Positions 58,957-64,000 of a stretch of 64,000 nt of DNA are shown piece by piece; within the stretch, counting starts at the first letter, position 1; every line of letters starts with the position of its first letter. The stretch is from an uncultured Gammaproteobacteria bacterium. Lineage in GTDB: Bacteria > Cyanobacteriota > Vampirovibrionia > 2-02-FULL-35-15. The DNA is taken from contig CAZRTB010000004.1 of NCBI GenBank assembly GCA_964602915.1, positions 84,149-148,148 of the forward strand, written 5' to 3'. Both the position numbers and the translations under genes were made by a program. Under the pieces are notes generated by a model. It made no database searches. It was not told the DNA's origin and saw nothing but the letters and a program-made list of their open reading frames with translations.

Positions 58957-60330
58957 ATGGTAAAAGTAACGTCTAAGTGGACATGTCAGGAATGTGGGTA
59001 CATCTCACCAAGTTATCTTGGCAAATGTCCTGAGTGCAATTCGTGGGGAAGTTTAATTGAAGAACTTATCAGTAAAAAATCAGGGAAAAGTCTTGAGAAT
59101 TATGAGAACGATTTTAGCCTTTTACAAGATATTGATCTAGCTGAAATTAAAAGAATAAAATCTTTTGATAAAGAGCTAGACAATGTTTTAGGTGGTGGGT
59201 TTGTACCTGGATCATTATTGCTTTTAGCAGGCGAGCCTGGGATAGGAAAGTCTACTTTACTGTTACAAGTTACTGACCATTTATCAAAATCCTTAAATGT
59301 AGCTTATGTTTCAGCAGAAGAGTCCATCTATCAAATAAAACTAAGAGCTCAAAGACTTGGGTTATCAAGCGATAAGTTATTACTCCTTGCTGAAAATAAT
59401 CTTGAAGCAATTATTAATCAAATTGAAAAAGGAAAACCAAATTTTTTAATCATCGATTCAATTCAGGCTATTTATCATCCCGAACTAGAATCAAGCAGTG
59501 GAAATGTAAGCCAAGTAAGAGAATGTGCAAATAAACTTCTTAGGCTTGCAAAAGACAAAAATATAACTACTATTATTGTTGGTCATGTAAATAAAGAAGG
59601 TTTAATAGCTGGTCCAAAAGTTCTTGAACATATTGTTGATACTGTGCTTTATTTTGAAGGTGAAAAGTTTCATAATTTCAGAATTCTAAGAGCAACAAAA
59701 AACAGATTTGGTTGCACTGATGAGATTGCAGTCTTTGATATGAAAGAAAAGGGATTAAATTCTATTTCTAATCCAAGCTTTCTTTTTATGTCCCAAAGCA
59801 AAGAACCAGTTCCAGGAAGTACTTATTCAGCACTCGTAGAAGGTAGCAAAACAATTATTGCTGAAGTACAAGCTCTTGTAGGTGGTACTTCTTATACAAC
59901 ACCAAGAAGAGTTGCTAATGGACTTGACTACAATAGAGTTCTTCAAATAATTGCAATTTTAGAAAGAAGGATTGGTTTTAATTTTTCCAAACACGATCTC
60001 TTTGTAAATCTTGTAGGAGGATTAAATAGCTATGAACCAGCATTAGATCTATCTATAGCAATGTCCATAGTCAGTTGCAAGCAAGATGTTGTCCCAGAAA
60101 AAAGAACTGCTTATATTGGAGAGATCGGTTTAACAGGAGAAATCAGGCAGGTCAATCAAATTGAAAACAGAATTAAAGAAGCAATTAAACTCGGTTTTGA
60201 AAAAGCAGTTATTCCAGAGTCTTCAGAACTCAGCCAAAGATTAAGAAAAGAAATAGAAATTATAGAGTGCAAAAAGATCCTGGATGCAATTCGAGGTTCT
60301 TTAAATTCGCAATTCAACAAAACTCTATAA
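58957..60330 (+). CDS. radA: DNA repair protein RadA/Sms
   Basis: CQECG..GKCPEC Zn finger, GEPGIGKST, IDSIQ, KNRFG. Confidence 0.97.
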   Translation: MVKVTSKWTCQECGYISPSYLGKCPECNSWGSLIEELISKKSGKSLENYENDFSLLQDIDLAEIKRIKSFDKELDNVLGGGFVPGSLLLLAGEPGIGKSTLLLQVTDHLSKSLNVAYVSAEESIYQIKLRAQRLGLSSDKLLLLAENNLEAIINQIEKGKPNFLIIDSIQAIYHPELESSSGNVSQVRECANKLLRLAKDKNITTIIVGHVNKEGLIAGPKVLEHIVDTVLYFEGEKFHNFRILRATKNRFGCTDEIAVFDMKEKGLNSISNPSFLFMSQSKEPVPGSTYSALVEGSKTIIAEVQALVGGTSYTTPRRVANGLDYNRVLQIIAILERRIGFNFSKHDLFVNLVGGLNSYEPALDLSIAMSIVSCKQDVVPEKRTAYIGEIGLTGEIRQVNQIENRIKEAIKLGFEKAVIPESSELSQRLRKEIEIIECKKILDAIRGSLNSQFNKTL

Positions 60331-60331
60331 C

Positions 60332-61267
60332 CTACTTAATCACCCAGACATAAGAGTCATCAAAAGGATCTTTCTCCAATTCATATGAATATCTTTGAAG
60401 AATGTCACCATCCGGTAATAGGATTTTTACTTTTTGTTTTTGACCAATTAAAATATTTTGTCCGTTATAAACCAAAGGTTGTGGCTTTTTAAATGGAGTG
60501 GATTTAGGAATATCCCAGTTACTACCGATAAGATTCCCATCTACACCTTCAACTGAAAACACAACCTTATCATAGACTGTATTTAAAACTTTTAATGCCA
60601 TTCCACCCGGAGCAAATGCTGAGTTTGGATTTACAGGAGCTTGAACTGGTTGTACTGCAACCTGTTGAGCTTGTTGAGTAGGAGGTGGTGGTATAACTGC
60701 CTGATTTGCTGGTTGTGGTTGAACAGCTGACGATCCATCGTCAGACATTAAAGCTTTCCCTATCAATGCCGCTCCTAATGCCGCAGCGCCTACAGCACCA
60801 GCTGTAATAGCCACTTTTTGTCCAGTAGACAGTCCAGTAATTTTTCCAGAATCAGAGACAGTATCTTTATTTAAGGTGAATTTGTTTTTCTTAGTTATGT
60901 CCAAGGATAAATTGTCTACAAAATCTCCTTTTTCTGTATAAACTGTCAAAGTATATTTCCCTGGTTTTCTATCACCAAGACTTATCCATTCATTCGGACG
61001 AATTGGATATTCTCTATTTGTATCGAACTTTACCCTAATTTCCTCATCAAACTCATTTTTAACACTAACCATAATCGTTCCATCAGGGTTAGTTTGAATC
61101 ATACTTGTGGTAGTAGTCGAAGTAGTTACCATAGTCACAGTATTAAAGCCACCCTTATCATTCACTTTAAAAGTTCTTTCTTTAACAACCGGTTTATCTT
61201 CAGCAAAAGCAATCCCATTTAGAAAAACAATGCTTAGAGCTACTAGCACTAAAGTTATTAATTTCAT
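60332..61267 (-). CDS. Secreted hypothetical protein with central Gly/Ala hydrophobic segment
   Basis: Signal peptide (AFA/E); GAVGAAALGAALIG; Pro/Gln linker. Confidence 0.8.
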   Translation of the reverse strand: MKLITLVLVALSIVFLNGIAFAEDKPVVKERTFKVNDKGGFNTVTMVTTSTTTTSMIQTNPDGTIMVSVKNEFDEEIRVKFDTNREYPIRPNEWISLGDRKPGKYTLTVYTEKGDFVDNLSLDITKKNKFTLNKDTVSDSGKITGLSTGQKVAITAGAVGAAALGAALIGKALMSDDGSSAVQPQPANQAVIPPPPTQQAQQVAVQPVQAPVNPNSAFAPGGMALKVLNTVYDKVVFSVEGVDGNLIGSNWDIPKSTPFKKPQPLVYNGQNILIGQKQKVKILLPDGDILQRYSYELEKDPFDDSYVWVIK

Positions 61268-61292
61268 AATCTCCTTCTAATCCTAGAACTAA

Positions 61293-61739
61293 TTAGCTAG
61301 GATCAATTCTAATAATTACCTGACCATACTCCACTGTTTGACCATCTTTCACAAGGATTTCTTTTACAGTCCCGTTGACTTCAGAAGGAAGCTCATTCAT
61401 TATTTTCATAGCTTCAATAATACAAAGAACATCTCCAGATTTTATTTTTGAACCAATTTTAATAAATGGTTCAGCTCCTGGGCTAGATGCAGAATAGAAA
61501 GTACCAACCATTGGTGAGGTAATTTCATTTAAATTCGATTTTTTATCTGACGATACAGCAGACTTATCTCCAGAAGATGAGCTCGGTTGTGTAGGAATCT
61601 GCATTGGAGCCGAATATTGAATACCAGAGTTCTTCTTTAAGCTAATTTTTCCTTCTTTAGTTTCAATACTAACTTCCGTAAGACTCTTATCCTCTAAGTA
61701 TTTAGTAAGCTTTTCAATTTCATTCCAAGGTAATTGCAT
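61293..61739 (-). CDS. accB: Biotin carboxyl carrier protein
   Basis: SPMVGTFY, IIEAMK, VEYGQ. Confidence 0.96.
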   Translation of the reverse strand: MQLPWNEIEKLTKYLEDKSLTEVSIETKEGKISLKKNSGIQYSAPMQIPTQPSSSSGDKSAVSSDKKSNLNEITSPMVGTFYSASSPGAEPFIKIGSKIKSGDVLCIIEAMKIMNELPSEVNGTVKEILVKDGQTVEYGQVIIRIDPS

Positions 61740-61865
61740 ATTTTTTTTTATACTTCAGGCAAGCTGAAGCTTCAATCATCAAGTCCTTTCACCTGACCGG
61801 ATTTGCTGGATAAACCAGATAAATCCTTTTAATTGTAAATTCGAATAGTTTATATCCATTCTACT

Positions 61866-62429
61866 TTAACCCTTTACTCTATCAATATACTGATTACTTC
61901 TAGTATCGACTCTAACAATATCATCAACATTTACAAAAAATGGTACTTGAATAACAGCACCTGTTTCTAATGTAGCAGGCTTATTGTTTCCTGCCGCTGT
62001 ATCACCTTTGTGACCAGGAGGCGTTTCTACAACCTTGAGTTCGACGTGAGCAGGTATATCAATTCCAATAATTTTCTCATTGAAAAACATTACCATTACA
62101 TTTGCTTGTTCTTTTAAATACTTAACTTGCTCACCAATTTGATCTGCACCCACTTCAAGTTGTTCATAGTTACTGTTATCCATAAATGTAATAGTGTCAC
62201 CTGTTCTATATAAATACTGCATTGCTTTTTTCTCTACATTTGCAGAAGGAACTTTTTCCCCACCTCTAAATGTGGTTTCAATTACATTGCCCTTTTCTAC
62301 ATTCTTTAATTTTGTTCTTACGAATGCCGCACCTTTTCCAGGCTTAACATGGAGAAACTCTAATACCTGCCATACACCATTATTCCAAATTATTGTTTGA
62401 CCAGTTTTAAAATCATTTGACGAAATCAT
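61866..62429 (-). CDS. efp: Elongation factor P
   Basis: HVKPGKGAAFVRTK, GDTA...KPATLETG, VDTR. Confidence 0.98.
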   Translation of the reverse strand: MISSNDFKTGQTIIWNNGVWQVLEFLHVKPGKGAAFVRTKLKNVEKGNVIETTFRGGEKVPSANVEKKAMQYLYRTGDTITFMDNSNYEQLEVGADQIGEQVKYLKEQANVMVMFFNEKIIGIDIPAHVELKVVETPPGHKGDTAAGNNKPATLETGAVIQVPFFVNVDDIVRVDTRSNQYIDRVKG

Positions 62430-62523
62430 TAAAAAAATCTCCCATTAAATTTATTTTTAACTTTTTATACTCAAGTTTAAAATTTGTGTTAGTTTATAAC
62501 AAAAGGATTCTAACAAATTTTTT

Positions 62524-63399
62524 ATGTCATACGGTGAAATAATACATTCTTCAAAAGAAATTGAGGATTTACTTAACAATTCAAACCTTTCTATTGAAAA
62601 TTTAAAATATTTAGCAAGAGAAGTATCAGCTAATACATGGTCACCATATAGCCAGTTCCCTGTAGGAGCCGTCGTTGTAGGTATTGACCAAAGCAAGAAA
62701 TTAAAAGTTTTCTCTGGTACAAATGTAGAACCAAATATACATTTATCTTTATGTGCTGAAAGAAATGCAATTTTTAGTGGAATTAGTGCAGGATATAAGA
62801 AATTTATTGCTATTGCAATAAGCCTTCCAAAAGCTGACAAGAATATCACCGGTGAAATAAATATTCATAACTTTACTCCATGTGGAGCATGTAGAGAAGT
62901 TATCATTCAGAAGCTTGACCCAAAAAGTTTAGTTTTAATAGACGATATAGACAGAACATTTACACCTAAAGAACTTTTACCAAGACCAGTCTTAGATCAA
63001 ACAAAACTTAGAACACTAACAATAGAAGAAATGGATACTCTTGAACAAGCAAGAACGGCATTAAACAATGCACATGTACCTTATACAAAAGAAAAATGTG
63101 CCTGTGCAATATTAACTGAATCAAAAGAAATATTCTCAGCCTGTACTTTAGACAGCACATCATTTGGGTGTTCTGTAGAACCTCTTAAAGCCGCCTTAGG
63201 AGCTTATACTGCTAGAGGTGGAATAAAAAATCAAAACAAAATTAAAGCTATTGTTTTTGCTTATCCCTTTATAAAATATCCATCAGGTGATGCCCTTCAA
63301 ATAATTTCTGATTATTGTGACCCAAAAACTAAGATAATAATTGACAACATGGGCGTTACTACTATAGAAGAACTATTACCTTGGGCATTTAAGCTATAA
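62524..63399 (+). CDS. cdd: Cytidine deaminase, two-domain
   Basis: SPYSQFPVGA, GTNVE, CAERNAI, PCGACR; second CDA-like domain without Zn ligands. Confidence 0.85.
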   Translation: MSYGEIIHSSKEIEDLLNNSNLSIENLKYLAREVSANTWSPYSQFPVGAVVVGIDQSKKLKVFSGTNVEPNIHLSLCAERNAIFSGISAGYKKFIAIAISLPKADKNITGEINIHNFTPCGACREVIIQKLDPKSLVLIDDIDRTFTPKELLPRPVLDQTKLRTLTIEEMDTLEQARTALNNAHVPYTKEKCACAILTESKEIFSACTLDSTSFGCSVEPLKAALGAYTARGGIKNQNKIKAIVFAYPFIKYPSGDALQIISDYCDPKTKIIIDNMGVTTIEELLPWAFKL

Positions 63400-63573
63400 G
63401 AGTGTTTAAATCTTTCATTTTTTCTTAGTACCTGGATCCCAAAGTTTTTCATAAGCAATTCTAAGAAGTATAAAAACATCAAATATATAAACACAACCAT
63501 TAAATACATTGGTTCCATAAATCATTCTCTCTCAAGTATTTCATAATCTTTCACAAGAAGAATTATACAAAAA

Positions 63574-63639
63574 TGTAACCAACAGTTACATCAAACATAA
63601 AATCATTATTAAGCATCACCAATGTAACTCTCGGTTACA
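63574..63639. promoter_or_regulatory. Tandem palindromic operators TGTAAC-N5-GTTACA (63574-63590, 63623-63639)
   Basis: Two copies with identical perfect 6-bp arms, 49 bp apart, in an intergenic region. Confidence 0.8.
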
Positions 63640-63673
63640 GACTTTTTAAAATTATTTTGCTGTAATAGCTCAC

Positions 63674-64000
63674 ATGAGCACAAGCTTAGAAAATATTGAA
63701 ATTATAGAACAAGACAATTCAAGTAATTTTTCAAGGGTATATTCCTGTGGATTAAGCGGGGTAAGTGCTTACACTGTTGAAATAGAAGTAGATATTTCTG
63801 GAGGAATCCCAAACTTTATTTTAGTAGGACTTCCTGACACTGCCATAAATGAATCCAGAGAGAGAGTAAGATCAGCAATTAAGTCATGTAGCTTTGATTT
63901 TCCAAGCAAAAAAATCACAATAAACCTTGCCCCTGCAGATACAAAAAAAGCTGGACCCACATATGATCTGCCGATAGCTTTAGGAATACTTAGTGGCATG
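63674..64000 (+). CDS. comM: YifB/ComM Mg-chelatase-like AAA+ ATPase, N-terminal part (runs off window; not in ORF track)
   Basis: Manual translation ...VEIEVDISGGIPNFILVGLPDTAINESRERVRSAI...KKITINLAPADTKKAG..YDLPIALGIL. Confidence 0.9.
   Translation, partial: MSTSLENIEIIEQDNSSNFSRVYSCGLSGVSAYTVEIEVDISGGIPNFILVGLPDTAINESRERVRSAIKSCSFDFPSKKITINLAPADTKKAGPTYDLPIALGILSGM

Noticed and set aside
61782-61862. 26-codon ORF or structured RNA between efp and accB
   Set aside because: No SD, no recognisable motif, no convincing fold

Overview
AT-rich bacterial chromosomal segment, most likely from a non-photosynthetic relative of Cyanobacteria (Melainabacteria/Vampirovibrionia-like). This is an inference from the split rpoC1/rpoC2 with a very large trigger-loop insertion, efp-accB adjacency, a cyanobacterial-porin-type SLH domain and the absence of photosynthesis genes here. 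Housekeeping genes: rpoB-rpoC1-rpoC2, typA, rplY, eno, upp, pyrR, trpB, ribD, feoB, pepA, radA, accB, efp, cdd, glk x2 and a partial comM/yifB. RNA genes: tRNA-Ile(GAT), tRNA-Leu(CAA) and a stand-alone 5S rRNA with its own promoter and terminator. Accessory content includes a WbuXYZ-type sugar-amidation cassette with a methyltransferase, a membrane desaturase, and a fah-hmgA-single-domain hppD operon converging on a heme-oxygenase-like diiron enzyme. It also includes several cysteine-rich secreted proteins carrying two recurring 8-Cys motifs, a 50-aa Flp pilin missed by the ORF track, and many ORFans. Non-coding features: two families of dispersed palindromic elements, a duplicated tRNA-Leu 5' half broken at the anticodon, and a tandem TGTAAC-N5-GTTACA operator pair. 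No CRISPR array, transposase or integrase was seen. All family assignments rest on motif recognition by eye, not database searches.
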